A stretch of DNA of 64,000 nt from Eledone cirrhosa (lineage: Eukaryota): positions 249,984,001-250,048,000 of the forward strand of contig OZ024743.1 in the NCBI GenBank assembly GCA_964016885.1, read 5' to 3'. Shown here one piece after another: positions 1 through 13,349 of the stretch. How positions within the stretch are numbered: the stretch's first letter is position 1; every line of letters begins with the position of its first letter. A program made the position numbers and the translations under genes. The notes beneath the pieces were generated by a model. That model saw nothing but the letters and a program-made list of their open reading frames with translations. It had not been told where the DNA came from and searched no databases.

Positions 1-240
1 TGGATTGGTGTAGATCTGTTTATGTTGAAGTTAAAGCAATTCATGTTCTTAGTTATGTACATCAATGTAATATCTTATTACAGTGTGGACTGAGTATGGC
101 TAGTAACTTCTAGCCTTTGTTAGGAAAACATCTCAAAAGAGGTAACTAGCCAAAACTGCTAATCTCCCAGTTGATCCTCTACTTTCACCCTGAACAGCAG
201 ACTCCTCTCTCTCTCACTTTCTTTCACTCTCTCTCTCACT

Positions 241-308
<68 letters not shown>

Positions 309-310
<2 letters not shown>

Positions 311-550
311 GAAGGAAATGTGGTAAGGAACCAGGTGGACCATAACGCACCAAAGTACTCAATACTTAGGGTAGTAGAGTGGGTAATAAGAACAAGTAGG
401 ACCCCGACGGCTGAGCTCAAGCCGTTTCGACGGCTAATTCTGGACTAAAAAAAAAAAATCGTGTAAGAATCGTCCAAAAAATCATGTAAAAATCGTCCAG
501 AATTAGCCGTCGAAACGGCTTGAGCTCAGCCGTCGGGGTCCTACTTGTTC
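309..550. mobile_element. PLE-type pseudo-LTR fold-back carrying the 3' half of a hammerhead ribozyme
   Basis: Perfect 56-bp inverted arms at 390-445 and 495-550. The right arm reads stem II arm-GAAAC-ggcttgagctcagcc-GTC-ggggtc. Flanked by (TA)n. Same family at 43601-43797. Confidence 0.7.
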
Positions 551-588
<38 letters not shown>

Positions 589-890
589 TGGCTGCAAACT
601 CTGCTAGGAGTATTGCAGTCGCTTGTCAGATTACAGAACATGGTGCACCTTTAGGCTACGGCCAGCCAAACGAACCTCTAACATATGCCGAACAAGCAAT
701 GCCTGTGCTTTGAAGGTTTTTTAAGTAGGGAAAGGCCATGCACTCGACCAATCCCACTCTCTGAGCATTGAAAACACTACCCAAAAAGGAGAACTATATA
801 CATAGTATATATATATATATATATATATATATAGGTAGAACACAGGAACATAATATCCATAGTGGTAGAACACTCAGTCCATGGGACGAG

Positions 891-1248
891 TTTAATAAAT
901 AAATATATATAGATATATATATATATATATATAGATATATATATATACACTTTTATTTATATATATATATATATAAGTAGTAACACAACAGTTTGTTCAC
1001 CATACCGAGATCAATTATTTCACCTTGTGTGGATCTTCAGCTCGGACTGGTCATGGTTATACAGAACAGGAAGAACAACCTGTTCCGGATAACCATGACC
1101 AGTTCGAGCTGAAGATCCGCATAAGGTGAAATAATTGATCTCGGTATGGTGAACTAACTGTTGCGTTACTACTTATATATATATAAATAAAAGTGTACAT
1201 ATATATATATATCTCTATATATATATCTATATATATATATTTATTAAA
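891..1248. mobile_element. Palindromic PLE-type insertion with a hammerhead-like motif in each arm
   Basis: Imperfect arms of about 175 bp centred near 1074. Plus arm has CTGAAGA (1109-1115), tcc-gcataa-ggt, GAAA (1128-1131), taattg, ATC (1138-1140); mirror copy at about 1005-1045 on minus. Confidence 0.7.
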
Positions 1249-1454
1249 ATAACAGATTAAAGTTTAAGCAAAGAATCGCTTTTGATTGAGTTTTTTAGTT
1301 TCAGAAGATCCCGTTAAGGGTGAAAGCAGCGATTCTTTGCTTAAACTTTAATCTGTTATTTTAATAAATATTTGCTCTACGGTTCTTATATATTTGATAT
1401 ATATTTATCCTTATCGAGCCCTCTTTGGATTTTAGTCTTCAAATTTATTATTAT

Positions 1455-1460
<6 letters not shown>
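1240..1460 (+). mobile_element. Fragment of recurrent PLE-like terminal repeat family (here called F3) with a short 5' inversion
   Basis: ttattaaaataacagattaaagtttaagcaaagaatcgct is inverted against about 1328-1367. The same sequence occurs at 15549-15690, 19981-20245 and 26434-27722, with a diverged copy at 50510-50680. Confidence 0.65.
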
Positions 1461-1501
<41 letters not shown>

Positions 1502-1522
1502 CATACATAAATACAAACATAC

Positions 1523-1561
<39 letters not shown>

Positions 1562-1640
1562 CATATATAGTTGGTGACAAACAAAAGAAAAATATGCAAT
1601 CAACAGATAATGCAGAAGTTGATGATTTATATTAACTTAA

Positions 1641-1725
1641 CTCCACACAACCAGCAGTTTCAAGATGAAAGCATCTGATAATTTAGATATATTTTCACCC
1701 TGAAACTGCTGGTAGTCAGGAGTAA
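1641..1725. repeat. Short fold-back with outward-facing GAAAC arms (probable HHR remnant)
   Basis: ccagcagtttcaagatgaaa ... tttcaccctgaaactgctgg; the right arm reads GAAAC-tgctg-GTA. Confidence 0.45.
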
Positions 1726-2080
1726 CTATAATAATTAATGCTAATATAAATGTGTGTGTGTGTCTATATGTTTGGTACAAGGTTTACAAATAAGTGCATC
1801 ATCATATAGACTAATGTTTACATTGTACATATTTAGATGCATAATAGCAAAGAATTATTTCAGGGATTGTGAATTACATGACAACAGATAACACAAAGCC
1901 AGAAAAAACTATATGCATTACAAAATAAACAGATTTTCAGTATATTTTTTCAGCTTTATTGTGTTAATAACAGCGGTATTGGCATTTTTATAGGTTTTAT
2001 TATTATATCATTATTATTATTAGTTGTAGTAATAGTAGTAGTATAGGCAAATACACATGCACACACACACATATATATAT

Positions 2081-2125
<45 letters not shown>

Positions 2126-2262
2126 TATATACATATATATATACACACATTTATATATACACACACACACATATATATATATATACATACATACACATAC
2201 ACACACACATATATATATATATACATTCACACATTCACACACATATATATATATATATACAT

Positions 2263-2308
<46 letters not shown>

Positions 2309-2394
2309 TCACACACACACACATATATATATATACATTCACACACACACACATATATATATATATATACACACACATATATACACATGCAAAT

Positions 2395-2433
<39 letters not shown>

Positions 2434-2663
2434 AAAATACATATATATATAGAGACAGACATACACATATATACAAGCACATTCACACACATGCATACGC
2501 ACACACTCACAAATACACACACATATATTATAGTAATAATTTTAATGCCAAGAGTAATATTATGTGAATGCATGCATGCATGTGTAGTCGTCTCTGTGTA
2601 AATCATTTGGATTAAATGAAATAATAAATAAACAACAACTAAATTGAGATTGACACCTTCAAG

Positions 2664-2738
2664 ATATGTTGTGAGTGTCAATGGCTGGTTCTGGTATATT
2701 CATTGCTTCATTGGTTCAGCTTATCTAGAGTTCACCAG
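2664..2738 (+). CDS. Tentative host coding exon (75 nt)
   Basis: Non-repetitive, open in two frames, ends CAG|gtacag. Phase-compatible with the candidate exons at 7232 and 8610. The acceptor is weak. Confidence 0.25.
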
Positions 2739-2887
2739 GTACAGAAATATTATAGCACAATAGACTATATTAAATCAACTAAGAATGAAGTAGTTTATAC
2801 AAAAAGGAATATATATATATATATATATATACATACATATACTTTTGATTTAAACATCAATAGAAAATGGAAGTAATTCTATAGGTA

Positions 2888-2937
<50 letters not shown>

Positions 2938-2963
2938 TACATATGTATACATATGTATATCAT

Positions 2964-3001
<38 letters not shown>

Positions 3002-3028
3002 GTATATCATCATCAACGTATGTATATA

Positions 3029-3112
<84 letters not shown>

Positions 3113-3118
3113 TATATG

Positions 3119-3284
3119 AATAAAGTTAGTCCTTCATCAGTGATCTTCCAACCATCATTGGTATTTCATTGCTTTAAAGACCATATACCTCCGGTTGGTG
3201 CGAGCAACGGCTAAAAAAAGTCGTTGGGACACGTAATTAAAGGGGACACGAGTGGTAATGTGGTTCCTGACCACATTTCCTTTG

Positions 3285-3287
<3 letters not shown>
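3119..3287. mobile_element. Inverted PLE terminal fragments
   Basis: Minus-strand CTGATGA-aggact (core at 3134-3140). The plus-strand tail ggttcctgaccacatttcctttgtt resembles the 309/43601 family terminus. Lies within (TA)n. Confidence 0.5.
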
Positions 3288-3325
<38 letters not shown>

Positions 3326-3400
3326 CACATATATACACATATGTATATCATCATCATCAATCTCTATATATATATATAATATATATGTATATATATAATA

Positions 3401-3447
<47 letters not shown>

Positions 3448-3999
3448 TAATCTCTCTCTCTCTATTTATTTATCTGTGTGTGTGTGTGTGTGTGTGTAGA
3501 AAATCTCTTCTATTCATAGTAAAATCTAATCATCATAATTCTGTAGTTATCAGATCTTAAATCTGTGAGGTGAAAATATATTTAAGTAAAATATCTGATG
3601 GTAGCTGTACTCAATGACATTACGATTTTTTAGAGAGAAAAATATATTTATATGAAAGAACAGCAAAAACAGTTACAACTATAGTTAGTTGTTAGTATAT
3701 TGACAAGTACAGAGTCGACATATATTACACATGAAATTTTATTAAAATATTAATATTTTGTTTAATCTGTGTAAAGAATGATTTAATATCCATGCATATA
3801 CTCAAATATGTGTATATATGTGTGTAAATGTGTGTTTACATATGCGCATATGTATGTCTGTTTACACATACACACACACAGACATATATATGTATACAGT
3901 TCAAAATTAGACAAGACAAAAATGGAGATGCAAGGAAGCAAAAACACCACATACATATATACACACATGTATATGTACATACATCTATGTGTGTGTGTG

Positions 4000-4043
<44 letters not shown>

Positions 4044-4246
4044 TATGTATACGTACATACATATATGTATACAGACGTACAGTAGTATGTATATATATAT
4101 ACATACATGCACACACATATATATATGTACGTATGGATTCACCGAACATTTATTATAATGCTCGGTGTGTTTGTAAACAAACATCCCGTATTAAGCCGTA
4201 GTGTCTAGCAACCATCGTTGCTCGTTTGTTCAACACTGACAAAGGA

Positions 4247-4289
4247 ACGCTGTACTAGTTTCAAGCTTATTAGCTATCGTCAGCAACGT
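4247..4289 (-). ncRNA. Minimal type I hammerhead ribozyme (mirror copy of 4659-4701)
   Basis: Reverse complement of 4659-4701. Confidence 0.8.
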
Positions 4290-4658
4290 ATACCTTCCTG
4301 CCAGATGATTGAACGTCTGAAAGTATATACTTTCCTTATGCATATTAACGGCTGAGCAGCCTAATTTGCATATCGGTGAATCCATACGTACATATATATA
4401 TATGTGTGCATGTATGTATATATATATACATACTACTGTACGTCTGTATACATATATGTATGTACGTATACATACTTATATTTAAGTAACAGCCGTACTA
4501 AGAGTGGGAAATGAAATTTCGTTTCATTTTTTCCGTTTATTGTTTTCGGTTCACCCGGCCGATTAACCCACTCGATATGCAAATTAGGCTGCTCAGCCGT
4601 TAATATGCATAAGGAAAGTATATACTTTCAGGCGTTCAATCATCTGGCAGGAAGGTAT

Positions 4659-4701
4659 ACGTTGCTGACGATAGCTAATAAGCTTGAAACTAGTACAGCG
4701 T
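4659..4701 (+). ncRNA. Minimal type I hammerhead ribozyme
   Basis: Stem I acgttg/cagcgt, core CTGACGA (4665-4671), stem II agct-aata-agct, GAAA, palindromic stem III ACTAGT, predicted cleavage after GUA (4695). Confidence 0.8.
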
Positions 4702-5113
4702 TCCTTTGTCAGTGTTGAACAAACGAGCAACGATGGCTGCGAGACACAGGTTATTCCACATATATATAAAAAACCTATATATAAAAACCATATTTTATTC
4801 CACATATATATAAATATTTGGATACATATATTAAAAATGTTTGAAGATATAAAATATTGGAAGATATAAAAATAATGGTTTTTCTATATCTTTCAAAGGA
4901 ACTTTCAAAGAATTTTCTAAAACTTTCAGAAAGTTTTTCACGGAAAATTTTCCTTAAAAGAATTTCAAGTAGTCATATAAAAAAAGGTTCTAATCTATTG
5001 ATAAGTGTAATAACATAAAGTATATTTATGAGGTAGAGATAATAGAAAGTAAATTAAACATATATAGATATAATCTGAAGAATGAGGTTGTAGGTGGTTG
5101 GATATAGAAAACA

Positions 5114-5626
5114 TTATGTAAAGGAGATTAACCATATATTACATTTTATATATATATATCTAAAAGTTGAGTTTAAACGATGTTTACAAGAACTAAATAA
5201 ATTATTTCGCAAATTAATAGAGTTCTTACTTTTTAGTATAAAGAATATTTCTTCAGCGCAAAGGGAGCAATTTTTGGATAGAGCCGTGTATGAAGGAGCT
5301 TTGGAGATAATTTCCCAAGATAAAGAATAGTTAATATTCTTGGATTTTAAGATCCATAATAAGTTGGATAGAGAAGTTGAAGATTTTTTACCAATATTCG
5401 TAAAGGAACATTTATGGTTATTGAAACGAGATTTGAAGTCTGTGGAAGTAGAGCCGACATAGTTAAAGGAATTTTCATTGGTTTTGACATTACAATTGTA
5501 TACTATATTTTTAACTAAACAGTTATTATTTAGAGGACAGTTAGATTTATTTCTACAATTACATTTATCTGAATTTATATTATTGGGAGCCGTAACATTA
5601 TATTGGATATTGCTCGAGGTTTTAAT
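5114..5626 (-). pseudogene. Penelope-like element GIY-YIG endonuclease fragment (5'-truncated in a TA repeat)
   Basis: Translation CNCRNKSNCPLNNNCLVKNIVY...YVGST...FKSRFNNH...CSLCAEE...NLRNNLFSSCKHR. Homologous to 38972-39568. The probable 3' UTR runs down to about 4748. Confidence 0.9.
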
Positions 5627-6128
5627 GCTATATATATATACGTGTATAAATATATATGTATATACATATATATATGTGTGTGTGTGTGTGTGCATATATA
5701 TATATATATCTGTGTGTGTATGTGTATATATATACACACACACACAAAGACATATATATAAGTATATATACATATATACATGCACACATGCACCCATGCA
5801 CATCTGCACACTCCCACACACACCATATTTTACAAGTGTGTAAATAAAGAAAATATTTCTAACTGAAAATTATATTTTAAATGTCAATTTAAATTTCATA
5901 TTCTTCACTTCCTCTTTTCTCAATAACTGAACTAGTTTTTCTCTGACATCATATGTAATATATACCTAAGTAATACATATAATATATATATAAATATATG
6001 TATAAATATATATATATGTACTCTTTTATTATTTCACTGATTTCCCTCATTAGATTGACTATGCTGGAGTATCAACTTGAATGAATTTTAGTCAATTATA
6101 AATAAGGATGAATGGAAGCAAAATAGGT

Positions 6129-6521
6129 TAACTCTTTTGATACTAACCCACCAAAAACCACCTCTAGTGCTATGAAGCAGAACCACTTATTTTAAAGTGT
6201 TCCTACTGAAGTTAAACATGATATAACGGGAGATACGAAGGTAAGCTGAAATATGTGTTGGCTGACTGTGAAGCATTGTTGCTAGAGCTATGAGATATAA
6301 CTTGCATTAATTTCAACTCTTATTTTTACTAACTGCATTGGTTCTTTCCAGGGACTAAGTTGAAACATTAACCTCATTTGGTCATTCCATGAGAGTATCT
6401 TGGTCAGCCTATGAACTTTTCAGCTGACACTGGAAATAATTATAATTAGTAAATTCCTTCAAATTCTTCATTAATTAATACAATTACAGTGTATTTCATG
6501 TGAAATATGGTAACGGGTTAA
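6129..6521. mobile_element. Degraded TTAA-flanked MITE (piggyBac-like ends)
   Basis: ttaactctttt...gggttaa ends. Related copies at about 7667-8290, 11710-12311 and 60259-60498. Confidence 0.45.
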
Positions 6522-7231
6522 GAATTTCCCTAGTTTACTGGAGCTGTACCCGCCACCAATATCTAGATATTTCAATGATTACAAACGATTATAGTGACAC
6601 TTATGACCACCCAGTAAGCTACCCTGTTTGGTCTCAGGAAATCCATATGTTTGCTCATAATTAAGCCCAGATTAAAAGAAGCATCACTGTTTTCTTCATC
6701 ATAGAGAAGAATAAAATGGGAGTGAATGCCATACATACTGTTTTCTGAAGCCTTAAATTTTAACCCATTTTCTCATAACTCACAAAATACCAAAATTAGA
6801 ATTAGTTTCGTAGAATTTAGTGACTAGAGAATTAATCAATCCAACTAGTTGGATTCTTGGCATTATACTTCCTTCAAAACATTGACTTACATCGGTACTT
6901 TTATATAAGTGTTTTAGGCATATACAGACTCTAAATAATACAGGAACCATTTGAGGACTCAATTCATTGCATAAGACGTTGGCCTACTGTAAACATGAAT
7001 CTACAGTTAAAATTTTATTATTATTTTTCAGAGGAAATAACTAAATATGAAGCTAATTTTTCCCTTCAGGTTTTCTGAAGTGTTACATTTTAACCTATAT
7101 TCTCAAGACTATTGCTACCATGAAATCCCAAATCAGAATTGGTTTTGACTGTTTATTTTCTTTTAGTTTGGTAGAATTTAATGGCTAGAGAATAAATTAA
7201 CTAGTCAATTGTGGACGTGTTTTGTCTTTAG

Positions 7232-7256
7232 TTTAAGAAGTTTGTCTTTAAAGAAG
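7232..7256 (+). CDS. Tentative 25-nt host exon
   Basis: tgttttgtctttAG|TTTAAG...AAGAAG|GTAAGT, with a consensus donor. Confidence 0.3.
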
Positions 7257-7742
7257 GTAAGTATTTCACGCAGTCTTATTTCCCTGAGTCCCATTGTTCC
7301 AATGCCAAAAGAAAAAAATCAATATTACTTAGAATGAACAGTATGTGAGTAATTCTATAAATAGATGAATGTTTCTGTCTAGAAGGTCACAAGAAGCAAT
7401 AACTCAAATTAGCACCATAAAGGTTTTATACAACTTTTTCTATACAGATATGGAATTATGTGACTATTACCATTTCACTATTCCATTTTCTGGAAAATAA
7501 CTTTTGTGAAAAGAATATTTTTTACTATAAAGACTTAATTTAAATGGCAAAGATAATTAAACAAAAATGTTAAACTGAAGTGATCTGTTTAAGATTGAAA
7601 TTCTTTATTACCTTCATTCATAAGCAATAAATAGGAAATATAATAATTATGAAAATACAGCTAAATTCTAACACTTTTGATACCAAACAACATGAAACTG
7701 CTGCTGGTTTTATTATACAAAACTGTTTGTTTTATAATGTTT

Positions 7743-8093
7743 ATCATCATCATCATCATCGTCATCATCATCATTTTATGTCCGCTTTTCCCTGCTTGCA
7801 AGGGTGGGACGGGAACTGATTCTGGCTCGATTTCAACAGCTGGATGCCCTTCCTAACACCAACCTCATTTACAGTGAGTGCTGGGTGCTTTTTTTCTGTG
7901 GTGCCTACACGTCCACTTTACAGTGGAATGATAGGGACCCCAGGCCATATCATCTCATTTCTACAACTGAGTAAACTGGAGCAATGTGAAATAAAGTGTC
8001 TTGCTCAAGGAAAGAACACATCACCCGGTCTGTGAACTCACAACCTTTCGATTGCAAGGCCAATCCTCTAACCACTAAGCCATGTGCCTCCAT
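7743..8093 (-). mobile_element. tRNA-derived SINE (family S1) with RTE-type 3' tail and (ATG)n end
   Basis: A box tggcttagtgg and a partial B box, then ccttgagcaag core and gttaggaagggcatccagc domain. Its tail matches the 3' end of the RTE at 12588-12660. Confidence 0.85.
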
Positions 8094-8609
8094 AATTTAG
8101 TTTATGTTTATCTAAAATGCTTCCAATATAATTCTGTGTAAAAAAAACTTTGTTAAGTTGTGTTTGAAACAACAGCTAACTAATGATACAGTTATATTAC
8201 TAAATCTCTCCAAATTCTTTATTATTTTCAAAATAATTTGAAAACCATAGGCAGTGTCTTTTATTAGAAATATGGTAATGAAAGGGTTACTATTATTTTT
8301 GCTGCAAATCTAACTAAATATTCTCTTGATGAAAAAAAAAATCGATGTGGCAGGATTTGAACTAAAGGAGCAAAACTAGAACAAATACCACATGTATGAC
8401 TTTACCAATTCACCATCTTGAATCCTTCGTTTGAAAATGAGATAAATTAAAGATAACAACTGATTAAATTCAACGAAGGTTCACACCCAATCAAAATCTT
8501 CTAATTACAGAAATCGAAATATCAAACTTTAAGATTTTTATCAGTCTTTAGCAACTTTCTGTTCTATCTTAATGAAATTTGGTAACTCCACTTTCTCATC
8601 TTTCCCCAG

Positions 8610-8692
8610 ATCCACTGAAACAACAACAATATCAGCAACATCACCATCATCATTACCTGGCAAAACCTGATAATTTCTCTACTTTAGTATAG
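8610..8692 (+). CDS. Tentative terminal host exon
   Basis: Strong polypyrimidine acceptor ctttctcatctttccccAG. The phase-1 frame reads DPLKQQQYQQHHHHHYLAKPDNFSTLV*. Confidence 0.3.
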
Positions 8693-9504
8693 ATCTAAAA
8701 TATTTTCACTCGATACTAATCAATAACTTTGATCAGCATAACACATCCCTTATTTCTTTTATCTATACAATATTCTAAGTTAATGATTAAGCAATATATC
8801 TTGTAGGATTTCAAAGCTTTTGACAGCTGAAGGTGTCAGAAAGAGCAGAGAAAAATCTATTAAATACAATACTATTCATATTTAGTCCACTGCTATTGCT
8901 ATGTGTGTCCAGTTTGGAATAGGTACATAAGAGGTGCCTAATAGGGTTGGCACCAGGAAGGGTGTCTGGTCATAAAACATTGCCTATAAAAGGATACCAT
9001 AAGGAGTAAGAAACTTAACATGGAATCCATTTTTAGCTGAGAAAATGGCTGTAAAATATTTGTTGTATTTAAGACGTTTTATAAAGAAAAAGGCAGTAAA
9101 TTAATCATTTGTTAGGATGTCAGAAAAATGCTTTGTGGTATTTGTTCCAATTCTCGGCACCCTGAGTTTAGATCATAAGTTTAGTTTGTCTTTTATCTTT
9201 TGAGAGTTGATACAACATTAGTCCAGAGGCCATCAATTGGCAGAATTGTTAAGGTGATTTGACTGAAAACTTGATTACATCAATACCAGAAATATGAATA
9301 CTTTATTACATCAATACCAAAAATATGAATTCAGGACAAAAAAGGACATACCTAGATATATAATAAGATAAATAATTTCATCTGACGCTCTACCAATTCT
9401 GCCAATTCACCAGCTTTCATTTATCTGATTAAATACTAAAGATTTTCAGACAGGTAACACATGCTTCTGTGTAGAAACTCACCTAGCAAGAATTTACCAC
9501 ACAG

Positions 9505-9535
<31 letters not shown>

Positions 9536-9597
9536 CACACACACACATATATATATATACACACACATATATATATATACACACACACACACATATA

Positions 9598-9705
<108 letters not shown>

Positions 9706-9967
9706 CACACACGCACAAATATATAGGTGTGTTTGGGCGTGTGTAACAAGAGAGAGGGAGGAAGAGAGAAGGAGAACAAAATGGTTTCTGATGGTACTTA
9801 TAATACCTTGAATCATCATTTATTTTGAAGTTCTTAGCTATTAATGACTCCAACCAGCAAATGAATATATATATATATATGTAGGAGGTGAGTTTTATTG
9901 TAGCACAATAAAGCAATGCAAATATCGGATAAGTAGCACTCTACAGTTTGTAGGACTGGAGTATAAA

Positions 9968-10621
9968 TAATATAAGATCAAAAGATGGTTAAAAGAGTTC
10001 CAAGTATTTTATTATGCGCATTTCAAAAATACTGCTCCTTCTTTTCACATTATATCCTTAATAACATTAATATTTTTATTTTAATAATACATATTAATAA
10101 TTTCTTTTCCTCGCACATATTATTAAACCCTTCAATATACAAACCTTAATTTAATATTATTCTTAATTCCTTTTTTTCTTCATGCATAAACCTCATTAAC
10201 TTTTAATTTCAAATTCTTTTAAATTATCTATTATCTTCCAACGGCTTTTTAACTTCTCTCTGTGAGACAATATATATATTTTTCTCAGTTGTAAAGGCTA
10301 TCTCTCTCTCTCTATCACCCATCTCTCCTCCTCTCTCATCCTTCCTTCTTATACTCCTCCCCCACCATTCTTTACTCTCATCTCCTCCTCTTCCTTGCCC
10401 CCCCCCCCCTCACTCTTTCCCAATCTCATACATCAATCTTAAATTATTTTTCATATGTTGATTTAAAACTTCACTATTCACAAGTGTTTTTTAAGCTTCA
10501 TATCATGTATCCCTATTTTATCTGATGAGAACGTAGATATCATCCCATGATGATATTTGTTTTTGAAATGCGTATCATAAAATACTTGGAACTCTTTTAA
10601 CCATCTTTTGATCTTATATTA
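9968..10621. mobile_element. PLE-type terminal repeat with inverted partial copy
   Basis: 9968-10030 is the reverse complement of about 10559-10621. Includes the HHR at 10514-10584. Confidence 0.65.
10514..10584 (+). ncRNA. Hammerhead ribozyme with extended stem II (slightly decayed)
   Basis: Stem I tattttat/ataaaata, CTGATGA at 10522-10528, stem II includes agatatcatc/gatgatattt, then GAAA-tgcgt-ATC. The inverted copy has palindromic ATGCGCAT. Confidence 0.7.
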
Positions 10622-10695
10622 TATATATATATATATATACACATACATACACACACACACACATATATATATATATAAACACATATATATACATG

Positions 10696-10729
<34 letters not shown>

Positions 10730-12587
10730 CATATATACATACATATACACATATATACATACACATATATATACATATATATATATATATATAAACACAT
10801 ATGCATATATACACACATATATATACATATATAAATACGTACACACAGACATATATATATAAATAAACTACACATATATATATGTCTGAGGAAATTATAT
10901 ATATATATGTATATATATATATAGAGAGAGAGCACGAGAGAGAGAGCGAGAGAGAGAGAGGGGAGAGAGAGGAGAGAGAGAGAAATATTAATTTTATGTT
11001 TTGAAATATAATTAAAGTTAGACATTATTTCTACTGCAATTTCATTTAGATTCAGGGGAAAAAAAATAATGATAATAATATATCTGATCTTCCTATTAAA
11101 AGTTTTTGATTTATTTTAGGACGATAAACATTAAGGGAAAATATTCACCAGCAGCAAGAAGAATAATGATTTATCAGAAACAGGAAAAATTCCCTGCCAC
11201 TTCAATTTTTAAAAAATATAATCATAAAAATTCAAATAAAAAATGAAAAATAAAAATAAATAGAATATCTTTAAAAATATAAAAATATGAAAAATTGAAA
11301 ATAAAAATTAACAGAAATAAAAAAATAAAATGTGAAAAATAAAAATAACAATAATAAAATATATAAATATGAAAAATAATGTATATTCTTCAAAGAAAAG
11401 GAGTGATTCAAATGAAACATAATGAAGTGTAATTAAATGATGATTATTTTTATAAATACAAGTTTATAATGAAAGCCATTGAAGTTAGTAAGATAGACTG
11501 TCTTTAAAATATACAAAAGTTTTCATTAAATAATGTATATTTATCATAAATTGATTGGTGGTAAATTGGCAGAGTTCTTAGAGATAGCATTTGATTTTTC
11601 CATTCCTTAACATATTTCTATATGTTTCAATTAATTTTGAAAATACCCCAAAATTAGGAATTTAGCAATACAACTAATTTTTTCAACACTAAGATGGCGT
11701 TTGGAACATAACCCTTTTATTACTGTACTTCTAATGAAATACACGGCCTATGTGTTTCAATTAATTATGAAAATAATTAAAAATTAAGAAGAATTTGATG
11801 AAATAAAGTTTTACATTAGTAAATTGATATTTAGAATGTTAGGCGATGAACTGGCAGAATTGTTAGAATGTCAAATAGAATGCCTTGTAGTATTTGTTCT
11901 GGTTTTCTGAACTGTTTGAGTTCAAATTCTACCAAAGTAAACTTTGCCTTTCATTCTTTCGAGGTCAGTAAAAAAAATAAATACCAGTCTAATACTGGAG
12001 TTGATTTTTTCTCTATATCTCTTTCTAACGTTCTCTCACTTTCTTTCCTTCCCTGGAAGAAATCAGCTATATTAAGACCTACAGTGGGGTAAGCTGTAAA
12101 GGGCCCAAGACATGCTGTATGTTACTACAGTCTCCCTATGACTCCATCAGGAATTATGGGTCCATACACACATTTAGAAGATTATTTAAGGAACATTTCT
12201 AAAACAAAATTATGATGAAATATTTTAATATAAAGATAAACATTTTAAGATAAGCATCTTTGTATCATAAATCCAGTGGGGTTTCAGGTGATCTGGTATC
12301 AAAAGGGTTTAACAACATGGTAATTGAGTTCAAATCCCACCAAGATCAACTTTGCTAAATAAGTATCAGTTAAGTACTAGGGTCTAATTCAGCTCTTCTC
12401 TCTCACAGAATCAACTGTATGTGAGTGTCTATGTTTGTGGGTGTGTATATATATATATATTATTATTATTATTATTGTATATAATAAGAAGCATGCTAGC
12501 AGCCAAAGTGTATGATAAAGTCATATGTATATAAATACAGAGTGTTCATCCAAGACTGCACCAACGTGTATATATATATATATATAT

Positions 12588-12619
<32 letters not shown>

Positions 12620-13250
12620 TTTACGTCCGCTTTTCCCTGCTTGCAAGGGTGGGACGGGTCTTATTCAGCACAGCATCTCTCCACTCGTCACGGTCCCTCG
12701 TCATCTCCACCGTGAGCTTCAATGATCTGAGGTCTGTTCTCACCACCTCCGCCCATGTTTTTCGTGGTCTACCTCTACCACGTCTTCCTTCAACTGGCAT
12801 TTCCTGGCACTTCTTCACCCATCGGTCATCCTCCATGCGCATCACATGTCCATACCACCTTAGTCTCCTCTCCCGTACACTACATTCTATCCCTCTCAGA
12901 CACAGTTTCTCTCTCAACACATTTATGCTGGGTCGTTCACGCACATTTACACTGCACATCCAATGGAGCATGCTTGCCTCATTTCTCTCCAGCCGTCGCA
13001 TATCTTCTGCGGTAGCTGCCCATGTCTCACTACCATGCAGCATCGCGCTCCTCACACAGGCATCATACAACCGGCCTTTCGTACGCAGGGAGAAACCCTT
13101 CTTCGTCAACAGAGGAAGCAGCTCCCTAAACTTCTTCCAACCCGTCCTTATTCTAGATACTATGGCCTCGGAACACCCTCCTCCCATGCTAATCTGATCT
13201 CCTAGGTACCGGAAGCTATCCACCACTTCTATAGCGCCCTCTCGCATTTG
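12588..13250 (-). mobile_element. RTE-clade LINE, 5'-truncated 3' portion
   Basis: Open frame IEVVDSFRYLGD...LYDACVRSAMLHGSETW...RLRWYGHVMR...GRPRKTW, followed by an (ATG)n tail. Confidence 0.92.
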
Positions 13251-13304
<54 letters not shown>

Positions 13305-13349
13305 CCTAACATGTAAACATGCCAGAAAATGCAAATATCCCTTTAAATC

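Larger units (their letters stand above)
4036..4747. mobile_element. Non-autonomous HHR-bearing element (~430-nt unit), two arms in opposite orientation
   Basis: Two interleaved inverted repeats: about 4036-4145 vs 4373-4481, and 4201-4375 vs 4573-4747. One HHR per arm. Confidence 0.75.

Noticed and set aside
12649-13197. 182-aa plus-strand ORF (similarly 51126-51599)
   Set aside because: Antisense shadows of RTE coding sequence.
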